Shown here piece after piece: positions 1 through 9,842 of a DNA stretch of 64,000 bases. Position 1 is the stretch's first letter; each line of letters starts with the position of its first letter. The notes beneath the pieces are model-generated. The model did no database searches and was not told where the DNA came from. It worked only from the letters and a program-made list of their open reading frames with translations. The DNA is from a virus, in the IMG/VR virus record IMGVR_UViG_3300045988_175328, positions 128,001 through 192,000 of that record, one strand, 5' to 3'. The translations under genes and the position numbers were made by a program.

Positions 1-1443
1 GATAGATTGCGTCGAGAAAAAGAAGAGCAAGATAGATTACATAAGCTAGAAGAAGAACGTCATAAACTTGAAGAAGCTGAACGTAAGCTTGCCGAAGAAC
101 GTCGGCGTCAGGAAGAAGAAGCTGCGGCTCAACGTGCTCGAGAAGAAGCCGAAGCAAGACGAAGACAAGAAGAGGAAGAAGCGAATCGAAGAACAGAAGA
201 AGAACGGAGACGAAAAGAAGAAGAACGTAGAAGAAAAGAGCAGGAAGAAGCTCAGAATCAAAAAGATAGAGAGCTTCGAGAATTAAAAGAGTCTTTAATT
301 AATAAAATAGAAGCAACAAAGGCAGGATTAAAATCTAGAATTAATTCAATACAAGATTTGCCTCAAGCTTTAAAAAATAAATTTAATAAAAGTGTTGATG
401 ATCATTATAATGCAATAATCAATGCAATAAATTCTAAAACTCTCAAAGAAGAACTGTCTCAAATAGGATCTCTTCTTGATGATATTCATACAAATACAGA
501 TACTCCTAAAGAACTCAAAAATAAAACTAATGCTATTCTTGCAGCATTAGGACTTCCTGAAACATTTAAATTTCCAACAAAAGATTCCTTTGGCAGTTAT
601 TATCGAGAAGGAGATCCTGAATATCTTCAAGATGTAAAAAGAATACTTAAAGAGAAATCAAATAAAATATTTGATGAAGCAATTGCTGCATTGAAACAGA
701 ATCCAAATATTAGCATTCAAGATAAAGAAACTTATGAAAGATATTTTAACGATCTAAAAAATAAAATGTCTCAAAGAATAGATAGTGCAAATAATAGACA
801 AGAATTAATTGCTATTAATAATTATCTTGACGCATTAAGAAAGTCTCTTCCTAATATTAAAGAATTTGTGCACCTATTAATAGGCGCAATAGATCTTTTT
901 CAGTTAGGGAACAGAATTCCAGAGATTACTTACGATGAAACTCTTTCTTTAAGTTTTGAACCTAATGAGCTCTATGAAGGTTCTGAGGCTATGACTTTTG
1001 AAAAAGCAAAACAACATTTAAGAGATAAGCTTTATCAATTAAAATCTGGATATACATCTTCTTTGAATGACCATCTTAATATGTACACAGGAATTTCTGT
1101 TACTCTTACTAGCACTAAAGTGCCAGGGGCTATTGCTGATATAGAAAGCTATATAGCGAAAGCGCGGACAAAAGAAGATCTTATTAAATTAGGGCATGTT
1201 ATTAAGATGCCTACTGGTGATAACTTACCTCAAGATTATGTCGATAAAATTAATGAAATTTTAGCGACTATTGGTTTAAAATATAAAATTCCTGATCTTC
1301 TAGAAGTGGAGGGTTTTGAAGAAAAAGTCTCTTTACAATATGAAAATGAGCCTAATATTATTAAGTTCTTTTCTTTTATAAAAAATTATTTAAATCCTAA
1401 CCATTTTAGTCAAGGAAGTTATTTTATTAAAACCCAAAACTAA
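1..1443 (+). CDS. virion structural protein, 5'-truncated at window edge; probable exon 1 of an intron-split gene
   Basis: Frame open from nt 1 (ORF track 7..1443). The first ~95 aa are an E/R/K-only charged helix (EEERRRKEEERRRKEQEE). The rest is paralogous to the C-terminal ~230 aa of 4091..6406. The TAA at 1441 sits at the 5' edge of a group I intron. Confidence 0.6.
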   Translation, partial: DRLRREKEEQDRLHKLEEERHKLEEAERKLAEERRRQEEEAAAQRAREEAEARRRQEEEEANRRTEEERRRKEEERRRKEQEEAQNQKDRELRELKESLINKIEATKAGLKSRINSIQDLPQALKNKFNKSVDDHYNAIINAINSKTLKEELSQIGSLLDDIHTNTDTPKELKNKTNAILAALGLPETFKFPTKDSFGSYYREGDPEYLQDVKRILKEKSNKIFDEAIAALKQNPNISIQDKETYERYFNDLKNKMSQRIDSANNRQELIAINNYLDALRKSLPNIKEFVHLLIGAIDLFQLGNRIPEITYDETLSLSFEPNELYEGSEAMTFEKAKQHLRDKLYQLKSGYTSSLNDHLNMYTGISVTLTSTKVPGAIADIESYIAKARTKEDLIKLGHVIKMPTGDNLPQDYVDKINEILATIGLKYKIPDLLEVEGFEEKVSLQYENEPNIIKFFSFIKNYLNPNHFSQGSYFIKTQN

Positions 1444-2037
1444 CACTCGTGATTTTTAATCATGAGATACAGTTTTGGAAATTAGTAAGCCTATTGGGAA
1501 ACTAGTAGGTAGAGGTGCGGCAATACCGCATCCAATAAAGACACTGAATTGCTGGAAACCCCTAAAGCTCAAAGTACCTTGATGGTCACGAAAGTAGAAA
1601 CGAACTTTGAGATGGTGCATGGTTAAACCCTAAACACCATAACAATGGGCAATCAGCAGCGAAGCCGGAGGCGACTTGTCGCCGGAACGTTCAACGACTA
1701 GACCTCGTGAGGGTCGTACACTACAAGCGATTGGTAGTGGAAGTGGTGTCGCCTAAGTAGTATAAACTTATACTATATGGATAAGATATAGTCTGTGCCT
1801 ACATGAAAGTGTAGGGTGCGCGTAATGGCGCCGAGTAAGAAGTAGCGTTCTTACTTGAACGAAGTTTCACAAAACATGGTTCTAAAAAAGCCCTTATAGT
1901 ATAGCTATTTCATATAAAATATGATATACTATACTTGTTAAAAGTAAAGCTGTAGATCGAAAGATCTTAGGCTGTAGAGGCGACCTGGGCGCGCCTAAAA
2001 GAATAAGGGATTCTTGGAAATCCAAACTTCTCAATAG
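1429..2037 (+). mobile_element. group I self-splicing intron, ORF-less (boundaries approximate)
   Basis: Canonical core elements occur in the correct order: P AATTGCTGGAAAC 1547-1559, Q AATCAGCAGC 1651-1660, R GTTCAACGACTAGA 1689-1702, S AAGATATAGTCT 1783-1794. The region is hairpin-dense and more GC-rich than its flanks, with no ORF >=60 aa. It ends at G2037, just before the downstream frame reopens. Confidence 0.8.
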
Positions 2038-2376
2038 AGAAACTTTTTTATGGCTCTCTTAGAACCACGTGACTTTAGTCATGTGAAGCTCAGTGATTCA
2101 ATGTTAAGAGATCTTGAATTTTCGATGGAGGAAAGAGCTGCTGCTATAGACAAAGGATTTATTGTTACAAATAAGAGAAAGAAGACAAAGGCAAGAATTG
2201 CTCTTTTAGAAAAGTCCGTTTATCTTAATGGATTAAGTGAAGCTCAAAAAATTGATTATTTTAGAGATAACCCTGAAAGGATAAAGGTTGTTTTTGGAAT
2301 AGCAAATCGTTACTTTGAATCTATCAAGGTTCATACTGTTGAGATTACTCCTCATTTTACAGATAAAGTTAGATAA
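2038..2376 (+). CDS. probable exon 2 of the intron-split structural gene (ORF-track ATG at 2050)
   Basis: It is in the same reading frame as 1..1443. There is no Shine-Dalgarno before ATG 2050, unlike neighbouring genes. The frame is open from 2038, directly after TAG/G2037. Its stop overlaps the next start (TAATG). Confidence 0.45.
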   Translation, partial: RNFFMALLEPRDFSHVKLSDSMLRDLEFSMEERAAAIDKGFIVTNKRKKTKARIALLEKSVYLNGLSEAQKIDYFRDNPERIKVVFGIANRYFESIKVHTVEITPHFTDKVR

Positions 2377-4091
2377 TGATTAATAAAAATAATTTAACAA
2401 ACGAAACGGCGCTACCATTTATCTATCACCCTTACGATACATATGATTGGCAAACTGCTCCATATGGATCGATGGTAATAGATCCTGTCAATGGTGATGT
2501 CGGTATAAAATTGCGGCATAATCCAGACAGCCCTGATTCTAAAGATCCGTTTTCTAAATATGGACCTGGATGGGTAGCTGTAAAAATACAGTCTAATGTT
2601 ACTCCAATTATAGAAGAGAACTCTCGTTATATTGTCGAGACTTTTACTTTTAAATATATCGATGATGTCACTGGAGTAATGCACTATACGACTAATTCTG
2701 GCGATCATGAAACTAAATTGACCCATATAGATAATTTAGTTTTCAAGCTTGAAAAGGGTGAATATATCCCCGGCAATCATCATATTAAAGCATGTATTAA
2801 TAACTCTATCGATTTAAAACCATCGACAAAAACTCTTAAAGAGATCGATGGGAAGACATTTGTAATTAATCGCGCCGATGTTCATGAAGGCTGCGAAATT
2901 AATGTCTATTATATCGAGCGATATAAAGTTAAATCTTCCTATTCTCGCATCTTTAATCAGACGACTGAACCAGAGAATCCAGAACCTGGAGATATCTGGA
3001 TCAATACTCATGTCGATGAAAATTTAAAACAAGACCTTCCACTTGAAGTTCTTGTTCGATACGATTACGATAATATGGAAGCAATTCTTTTAATTAAAAC
3101 AGTACAATATTCTACATTAACAGCATCTTTAAATTCTAACGATTACATTATTACAACTCATTCTGGAGTATGGAATACATATCGTCTTCCTATGCTGTAT
3201 AATATAGAACAACAGCTTGTAATAAGGGGAACAAATCCTAAATATAAAGACAATGCTGTCATGAAAAATTTGTTAAAAATTAAAAGAGTTGAATTTAATC
3301 TTTCTCGAAAAGATAAAACAGCTAATGAGATAACGTATTATTTTGATGGATTCTCTGATTTGGAAACACTAATCAAGTCTTTCCAAGATATCGGAGATGC
3401 GAAGCTCGAAGAATATCAGCCAGGCAAATATAAAATAACGTTCCCTCGGAAAGTTAAAACATATTGGTTTACAATTTTTGCACGTAAATCTTCTCATGCG
3501 AAACAAGTTATTGAAAAGATTCCAGTCGATGCATTAGAACCAACAGTGCTTAATGTTAAATTCATTAGCTCTGAAGTTCATAAGGAAAACTTTTCAGATC
3601 AGTATGCTTTAGTTACAGTGAAGAGCTCACTTCCTTCAAGTGATTTTTCATTAAAGATTTCTTCTAATTATTTCTTTGTAAATAATTATCAAAGCAAAGA
3701 TTCCGCAGCTAATACATATACATACAAAATCCCATTAGCGATCAATACTCAGTATGTTACAGTGACGGCATATTCTAAATCTGGACAGAACTATTCTTCA
3801 AATTCTGATACGGTCACTTTGCCGGCAAAAGATTTAGAAGAAACAATCGTTTCTTTCCAAAAAACAGGAACTCGAGATATTAAAGGTAAGAATTACCATC
3901 TCATTAATTTTACTGTAACAACTGAAAATCCTGAAATACAAATTACTTCTCCATATCCGTATCGGATCGTTCGAGCAAGCCGTGGTGTATATACATACGG
4001 GTTTTTAAATAATGGATTAAATTATCCTATTAGTTTTACAGCAGGATCTTCACAAACTAAAAGCTATACAATAAAGGTAGACATACCGTAA
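2376..4091 (+). CDS. hypothetical protein, probable virion (tail/baseplate) component
   Basis: 571-aa ORF with TAATG overlaps to both neighbours. It has a PEPGDIWINT motif of the G-D/Q-x-W type that recurs in fibre-like proteins here (11065, 33672 and the 39129 C-terminus). Confidence 0.55.
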   Translation: MINKNNLTNETALPFIYHPYDTYDWQTAPYGSMVIDPVNGDVGIKLRHNPDSPDSKDPFSKYGPGWVAVKIQSNVTPIIEENSRYIVETFTFKYIDDVTGVMHYTTNSGDHETKLTHIDNLVFKLEKGEYIPGNHHIKACINNSIDLKPSTKTLKEIDGKTFVINRADVHEGCEINVYYIERYKVKSSYSRIFNQTTEPENPEPGDIWINTHVDENLKQDLPLEVLVRYDYDNMEAILLIKTVQYSTLTASLNSNDYIITTHSGVWNTYRLPMLYNIEQQLVIRGTNPKYKDNAVMKNLLKIKRVEFNLSRKDKTANEITYYFDGFSDLETLIKSFQDIGDAKLEEYQPGKYKITFPRKVKTYWFTIFARKSSHAKQVIEKIPVDALEPTVLNVKFISSEVHKENFSDQYALVTVKSSLPSSDFSLKISSNYFFVNNYQSKDSAANTYTYKIPLAINTQYVTVTAYSKSGQNYSSNSDTVTLPAKDLEETIVSFQKTGTRDIKGKNYHLINFTVTTENPEIQITSPYPYRIVRASRGVYTYGFLNNGLNYPISFTAGSSQTKSYTIKVDIP

Positions 4092-6406
4092 TGAAAATAA
4101 AAGAAATTAAAAAAGTATCAGCACGACTATTGGTTAATGGTCGTGCTACTTTAATTCATTCCGAAGCCGATTATGATTTCAACAAACTTCCCGTTGGTTC
4201 TATTTTAATTAATAACGATAACAATAAGATTAAAATAAAGATTGAAGGCAAATCTACTTGGTCAGATATTAAAGAAGAAATGTCGAGTCGATCATACCTG
4301 ACTATTCTAGGGAATCGTATTCTTCAAGAACCATTTCTTGTAACAGATATCGATCTCGAAAAAAATGAAATCACATATTATAATCATCGCGGCGAACGAA
4401 GAATTAAATATATATATACTGATAAGAAATGGAAGTATGCAGTCTTTGAATTAGATAAAGCTACATATACTCTAAAGAAAAATGCTATCGTCGCCCATAT
4501 TAATAATATCGTAGAATGTAATACTGAGAACTATAAGCTTCAGGAAATAACACCTCGACGAATTGGTATTGATATTCGTTGGTTAGCTGTTGGCTGCTGG
4601 GTTGACATTGCATATTACGATATCTTTAGAATGCGTTCTGTTGGCCGAGAAATCTTTGCAGGTAGTACTAGCGATAAGATAAAGAATAATTCAATGGGGC
4701 TTGTCTATGACAATTTAGACAAAGAAGGATATCCTAGATTACATGTTGAAGTCATTGAAGATCCTTCTGATCCTAATCAAGTTATCCTAAGAGTTACTTC
4801 TGAGAATGGATCAACTATTACTGTAAGCGATGTCCAGCATCTACTCGATAAAACAAATCGAGTTAAAGTAATTGAAAATAACGGCAAGGTTGATTTCATT
4901 TATCGACGTGTTTCCCAAGAATATACTACGATAATTACTTCTACTAAGCCAGGCAAAATAAAAGAAATGTTCACCGTTAAAATACCTGAGCGCGGCGAAG
5001 TAAAAATATTTAAGTTTATTTATATGTTTGGCAAATCGCAATTCAAAAAAACTCGTAAAATAATTCCTAAAAAAATTATCACGCCAGAACCAGAACTTAT
5101 CTTGGGTACTGGCATTATTGAAAGAGAAAAGACGATCGTTACTTCTTCGGATACTATCAATGTAAAACCTGCAGAACCTCAATGTGAAGTAGAGCTTATG
5201 GGTTATAATTATAAAGTTCATCTGTTAGGTAAACTTTATTATGACTCAGATTCAGGAGAGCCAGAAGAAGGATCTCATCCTATCTGGGGTTCAATATATC
5301 CTCCTGCAGGTGATTTATTTTTTAGAATTGGAGAATGTGATGGCTGGAGAATTGAATCTTCTCCTGTAAATGGATTTTATTTAGACAATAATTCAAGTAG
5401 TGGAATAGTTCGTTATTGGGGAGATGATCAATTAGATGCTCAACGTTTCTCTTGGGCAGAAAATGAAAAAATGAAAGTAAACGTAATTCCACTCAAAATT
5501 TACCAGCATGATACGTTAAGATATTCTCTTGTTTTCTATTATATTATTTTAAGAAATAAAGATAATTTGGATAATTCCAAATTTAAATACAGAATAACAA
5601 AAGAAGAATTAAGACAAGCCGGTATTGAAGAAGAATTAATAAATAAAATATATGAAAGGATATTATCTTATTCAGAATCTGAAGAAGAAATGCGGCGCAG
5701 AGAACAAGAAGAAGCTGATCGTAGACAAAGAGAGCAAGAATTATCTAATATTAGAAATTTAATTCTTCCGATCTTAAAACAAATGAAAGAGAAATTTCCT
5801 CAAAAAATAGATCAACTTGAAGGCGTATCTTCTACAGAAAAAGAAAAGTTAAAACAAAAAATTGACGATTACTATAATAAAATTATTGCCGGCGTAAATT
5901 CTACTAACGATATTTCTAAATTAAATTCTATAAAAGAATTAGTAAAAGATGTAAATCCTTTTCATGATACAGTTGAGTTTACTACTATTAAAACAAATAA
6001 ATTATTAGAGATTCTTGGATTATCTGGATCTATTGAAATACCTGACGGAAATTCAGATAATAATTCTGAGTCAAATAATGATGTTGATATTAGAGAAAGA
6101 AAAATAAAAATTGAGGATATATTCAATAAGATTATAGAAAATATAAGATACAATAATTATATTCTCAATAATAATAAAAAAATCTATATTGATCAGATTA
6201 CAGGACTAAAGAACCAAGTTTTAGAAAGATACAATGGTCCTACTCAAAGATTAGAAAAATTTTTGCTTTATACTCATGTTTTAAATTTAGGTGTTTTGTA
6301 TGAAGAAGAAAATTTAAATCTATCTGTAAGAAAAATGAATGCAATGATTGATAAATTTAATTTCTCTGGACATATTTCTTCTATTGAATATATAAACAGT
6401 TTATAG
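4091..6406 (+). CDS. hypothetical virion protein with C-terminal ER/K helix and a module paralogous to 1..1443
   Basis: 771-aa ORF. C-terminal EEEMRRREQEEADRRQREQE is followed by ...KIDDYYNKIIAGVNSTNDISKLNSIKELVKD...LEILGLSGSIEIP, which parallels ...SVDDHYNAIINAINSKTLKEELSQIGSLLDD...LAALGLPETFKFP in the first ORF. Confidence 0.6.
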   Translation: MKIKEIKKVSARLLVNGRATLIHSEADYDFNKLPVGSILINNDNNKIKIKIEGKSTWSDIKEEMSSRSYLTILGNRILQEPFLVTDIDLEKNEITYYNHRGERRIKYIYTDKKWKYAVFELDKATYTLKKNAIVAHINNIVECNTENYKLQEITPRRIGIDIRWLAVGCWVDIAYYDIFRMRSVGREIFAGSTSDKIKNNSMGLVYDNLDKEGYPRLHVEVIEDPSDPNQVILRVTSENGSTITVSDVQHLLDKTNRVKVIENNGKVDFIYRRVSQEYTTIITSTKPGKIKEMFTVKIPERGEVKIFKFIYMFGKSQFKKTRKIIPKKIITPEPELILGTGIIEREKTIVTSSDTINVKPAEPQCEVELMGYNYKVHLLGKLYYDSDSGEPEEGSHPIWGSIYPPAGDLFFRIGECDGWRIESSPVNGFYLDNNSSSGIVRYWGDDQLDAQRFSWAENEKMKVNVIPLKIYQHDTLRYSLVFYYIILRNKDNLDNSKFKYRITKEELRQAGIEEELINKIYERILSYSESEEEMRRREQEEADRRQREQELSNIRNLILPILKQMKEKFPQKIDQLEGVSSTEKEKLKQKIDDYYNKIIAGVNSTNDISKLNSIKELVKDVNPFHDTVEFTTIKTNKLLEILGLSGSIEIPDGNSDNNSESNNDVDIRERKIKIEDIFNKIIENIRYNNYILNNNKKIYIDQITGLKNQVLERYNGPTQRLEKFLLYTHVLNLGVLYEEENLNLSVRKMNAMIDKFNFSGHISSIEYINSL

Positions 6407-6426
6407 CAATATATTCATTAAAAACT

Positions 6427-6457
6427 AATCCTAAGTAATATAAACAAGGATTTTTAA
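6427..6457 (+). terminator. weak hairpin plus T-run after 4091..6406
   Basis: AATCCT (6427-6432) / AGGATT (6447-6452) stem followed by TTTTAATT. The stem is AT-rich and short. Confidence 0.3.
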
Positions 6458-6480
6458 TTAAACATAAAAAGGAATTTTAA

Positions 6481-8100
6481 ATGGCAACATGGACAAATAT
6501 TAAGTTAACGACTGAAGGTCAGATCATGCATGCCAGAGCATTAAGTAATCAAACTAAGCTTCAAGTTTTACGAGTAGTTGGAGCCACTGGCACTGTCAGT
6601 GGTTCAACTGCTAAAGATTTATCTGGACGCAAAATTGAAGCAGACTTAATCTCGGTAGCGCAGGATGATACGAATTGTGTCGTTAAATTCCAGTTCAGTA
6701 ATAATGAGCTCTTAGAAGATATCATTATTAAGGAAATTGGTTTCTTTGTTCGCGATGATTTTGGTAAAACAGTTTTGTTCTCATATATGACAGACTCTAA
6801 TCCAGAGACTCTTCCTCGAGGAAATGCTGGAGAAGACGAAGTTGTATTTGAATACTTATCTGCATTTGGATATGCAGATTCTGCTAACGTAATTCTTCGA
6901 CCAAATATTAATAATGGCGTTAACGAAGAGACAGTTAGAAATATCGTAACAACTGCGTTGAATAACGATACGCGAATAAATAATCAAAATTTTCTACCGC
7001 TAAGTGGCGGCACTGTTACTGGTGACACAACTTTTAGAAGTAACGTCACAGCTAACTCTTTAAAGGTTATCAATCGAGATAAAGAAGCAACAGTCAATAT
7101 CACAGAAGACAATCGTCTCCAAGTTGGCGGCAGTCGATTAGATTCTGTTGTAATTAATTCTTCTAATGTTCCCAAGTGGAGCAATGGCACAAGAGCTGTA
7201 GACTTAGCAACTAAAGAAGATCTAAATGGACTTTCTCCAAGTCTTGATAACAGATATCTAAAAAAAGATGGAGACTCTATTGAAGGAAACATCTCCATCA
7301 AAGAAGGAAATAAACTTACTTTAAAGAATGCAACTCCTGGAATTCAATTAAATATTAATGGCGATGAGAATAATAGAGCCTTTATTCGTCAAGGTAGGAA
7401 TGCACAAAGAGGAACTAGTTTAGATGTTGGCGGCGCCAAAATTAATAACGTCTCCTTAATTTCTAAAGAAAGACCTGTTTGGTATCGACCTTCTAATGCT
7501 GAACAAGCATGGCTCCCAGAATCTTCTCAGAATGGATCAATATTAAAAAATGAGCCGTTAGCTTTATTGTCAGATATAAATGAGTTAAAAACAAAAATAA
7601 CTAATTTAAATTCTCAATTACAAAATAAATATCGTAATCGACCTTATATGGTTTCCCTAGTAGATTGGGATAGAATGATTAGAGAAGGAGGAGGAGACAG
7701 AGAAAGCATTCTTAGCGTAAAAGTAGTTGCAGCTAATGATGTACATGCTCATGGCGGAGATAACGGTACTCTGCGATCAAAATATAGAGATAGCCAAGCT
7801 GTTATATTTTTAAAAGAAGATTATATGAATTATGATGAAATCGTATTCATAACATGTAGCGATAGCGGTTGGCATACTGCATATTATTCAATGGAAACTT
7901 GGTTATTTGATTATGCAATGTCTGAACCTATGTCTTTTGATATCACTGGCGGAGCTTCTTTCCATTGGCAATTGATGCCTAAAGTAACATTGACAGATTA
8001 TCCTCTTAGATCTTCATCTACCAATACAACGCTTGTATGTTTTTCTCAAAATTCAGCCGTAATAGATATTTTAGGTATTCGTTATAATCAACCACAATAA
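6481..8100 (+). CDS. tail fibre protein (N-terminus like the phage tail-collar fibre N-terminal domain, DUF3751 type)
   Basis: SD AAAGGA lies upstream. N-terminal MATWTNIKLTTEGQIMHARALSNQTKLQVLRVVGATG...IKEIGFFVRDDFGKTVLFSYM follows the P2 gpH-type pattern (iTtaG...a.a...kl.it..avG.G ... EiGlfd.dG.l.a). Confidence 0.6.
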   Translation: MATWTNIKLTTEGQIMHARALSNQTKLQVLRVVGATGTVSGSTAKDLSGRKIEADLISVAQDDTNCVVKFQFSNNELLEDIIIKEIGFFVRDDFGKTVLFSYMTDSNPETLPRGNAGEDEVVFEYLSAFGYADSANVILRPNINNGVNEETVRNIVTTALNNDTRINNQNFLPLSGGTVTGDTTFRSNVTANSLKVINRDKEATVNITEDNRLQVGGSRLDSVVINSSNVPKWSNGTRAVDLATKEDLNGLSPSLDNRYLKKDGDSIEGNISIKEGNKLTLKNATPGIQLNINGDENNRAFIRQGRNAQRGTSLDVGGAKINNVSLISKERPVWYRPSNAEQAWLPESSQNGSILKNEPLALLSDINELKTKITNLNSQLQNKYRNRPYMVSLVDWDRMIREGGGDRESILSVKVVAANDVHAHGGDNGTLRSKYRDSQAVIFLKEDYMNYDEIVFITCSDSGWHTAYYSMETWLFDYAMSEPMSFDITGGASFHWQLMPKVTLTDYPLRSSSTNTTLVCFSQNSAVIDILGIRYNQPQ

Positions 8101-8108
8101 GGAGAAAC

Positions 8109-9839
8109 ATGGCAAAAAAAATTGAAGAGTTTATGCTTGACGATGAGCTTCGTCGCAAAATAAATAAAACAAGTGCTAATTCTAAAATCGATTATGACGA
8201 CCTTTCTCCTGATATTGTTAACAAATTGCGATCATTAGGTTCTGCATCTAATGGAATGCTTGCTTATGATGACCAAGAACTTAGATCTAGGGTTATAAAT
8301 CTTGAAAATAATTCAGCAACTCGCGCTGAGTTTTTCAATAAAGTTTCTGATAAGTTAGCTAAAGATCAACTAAATCAAGAATTAAAAGATTTGGTTGATG
8401 ACATGCAAGACTTTTCAGATATCTTAAAAACAAGATATAGCAAAACAGAGTCAGATCAAAAATATCGATTTAAGGAAGATAAACTTACTATTGAAGATTT
8501 GTCTCCAGATCTCGCTAATAATTTAAAAACTATGCGAGATAATTTAAATGCAATTAAAACAGAGTTAACAACTCTTTCTTTTTCAAAGAACGAGTTAAAT
8601 AATTTAAAATCTACTATTGCTAATATGCCATCTGAACGTCTATCTAAATCTGCAGCCGATCAATTGTATCGCTCCAAGAAAGATCAGATTAGACTTCAAG
8701 ATGTTGAAAATAGTTTAGCAGATCCTCTCAGAATCTTACAAGAAAATTCTGATAAGCTTCAAAATGCGGCAAGTCTTCGAGACTTAAGAAATTATCGATT
8801 ATCTAGTACAAATATTTCTTTCGAAGATTTAGACCAAAGCTTAAAAGCTAAGATCAAACTTGTCGATAATCTAAATACAGATATAGAAAAAACAATTACT
8901 AATTTAATTAATAATAGGCCTAGTTTAGGATCTAATAATTCTAATAGTCATGTTGGTAATTATCAAATTTTAGAAAACGAAAGTTTCCAATCTTTTGTCG
9001 ATCAGATTTTTGGAGAGAACGCAATTTCTCCTTCAAGTCCTGGACAAGCAAGTGTAATTGAATCTATATATGCTTTATATCTGTCTAATCAAAGTAAAGA
9101 TAGAGAGATTACTTCGTTAAAAAATACATTACATTCTGTTCAATCTAGTCTACAATTACTAATCGTTCATTCTGGAATGCTTGAAAAATTAAAGAATGCC
9201 GATGTTGTTCAGCACATAAATCAGTTGTATCAATTAAATGGATTAAAGAAAGTCGATATCGATTCTTTAGCTGATTCTACTAGTGCTGATCCTGGATTAC
9301 ATATTGTTGAAATCGAAGATAATGGTACAGTTATTAAGGACGATAAGCTCGATCAAACATATGCTGAATCGACAGCTGTATTCAAAGAAACAATAACTGC
9401 TATCCAAAGTGGCGCAATTAATAACTGTCCTGAATTAATGTATCTAGATATTCCTAGCATTAAAGTATTACCAGCAGGCTCTATTATTAGTTGTCCTAAA
9501 TTAACGGTATTACGATTACCTAGCATTACTAGAATTGAAGATAAAGCTATTTTTAATTGTAATAACTTATCTAAAGTTATTTTACCTTATGACTATCAAG
9601 TAACTGGCAAAGAAAGATTCCCGGCTGGAACTATCATTGAAAGATGTTCTCGAGAAAAAGTATCTCCAGAAACAAATAGTCCTAAATACTTTAATTCTTT
9701 TATTGAAGGTAATGTGGCTAACTTAACAGACAAAGCTCCAGAAGAAGCAAATAGTGCTTCCACAGGTAATACTGCTTCTACTCCAACATCTTCTGCAAGC
9801 ACAAGTAGCCCTGCAGCGCCTGCAGCAACAGGAGTATAA
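8109..9839 (+). CDS. virion protein with coiled-coil N-terminal part, BspA-type leucine-rich repeats and an S/T/A/P-rich tail
   Basis: SD AAGGAGA. LRR_5-like repeats INNCPELMYLDIPSIKVLPAGSIISCPKLTVLRLPSITRIEDKAIFNCNNLSKVILP lie at nt 9417-9587. The C-terminal tail is SASTGNTASTPTSSASTSSPAAPAATGV. Confidence 0.55.
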   Translation: MAKKIEEFMLDDELRRKINKTSANSKIDYDDLSPDIVNKLRSLGSASNGMLAYDDQELRSRVINLENNSATRAEFFNKVSDKLAKDQLNQELKDLVDDMQDFSDILKTRYSKTESDQKYRFKEDKLTIEDLSPDLANNLKTMRDNLNAIKTELTTLSFSKNELNNLKSTIANMPSERLSKSAADQLYRSKKDQIRLQDVENSLADPLRILQENSDKLQNAASLRDLRNYRLSSTNISFEDLDQSLKAKIKLVDNLNTDIEKTITNLINNRPSLGSNNSNSHVGNYQILENESFQSFVDQIFGENAISPSSPGQASVIESIYALYLSNQSKDREITSLKNTLHSVQSSLQLLIVHSGMLEKLKNADVVQHINQLYQLNGLKKVDIDSLADSTSADPGLHIVEIEDNGTVIKDDKLDQTYAESTAVFKETITAIQSGAINNCPELMYLDIPSIKVLPAGSIISCPKLTVLRLPSITRIEDKAIFNCNNLSKVILPYDYQVTGKERFPAGTIIERCSREKVSPETNSPKYFNSFIEGNVANLTDKAPEEANSASTGNTASTPTSSASTSSPAAPAATGV

Positions 9840-9842
9840 TAA

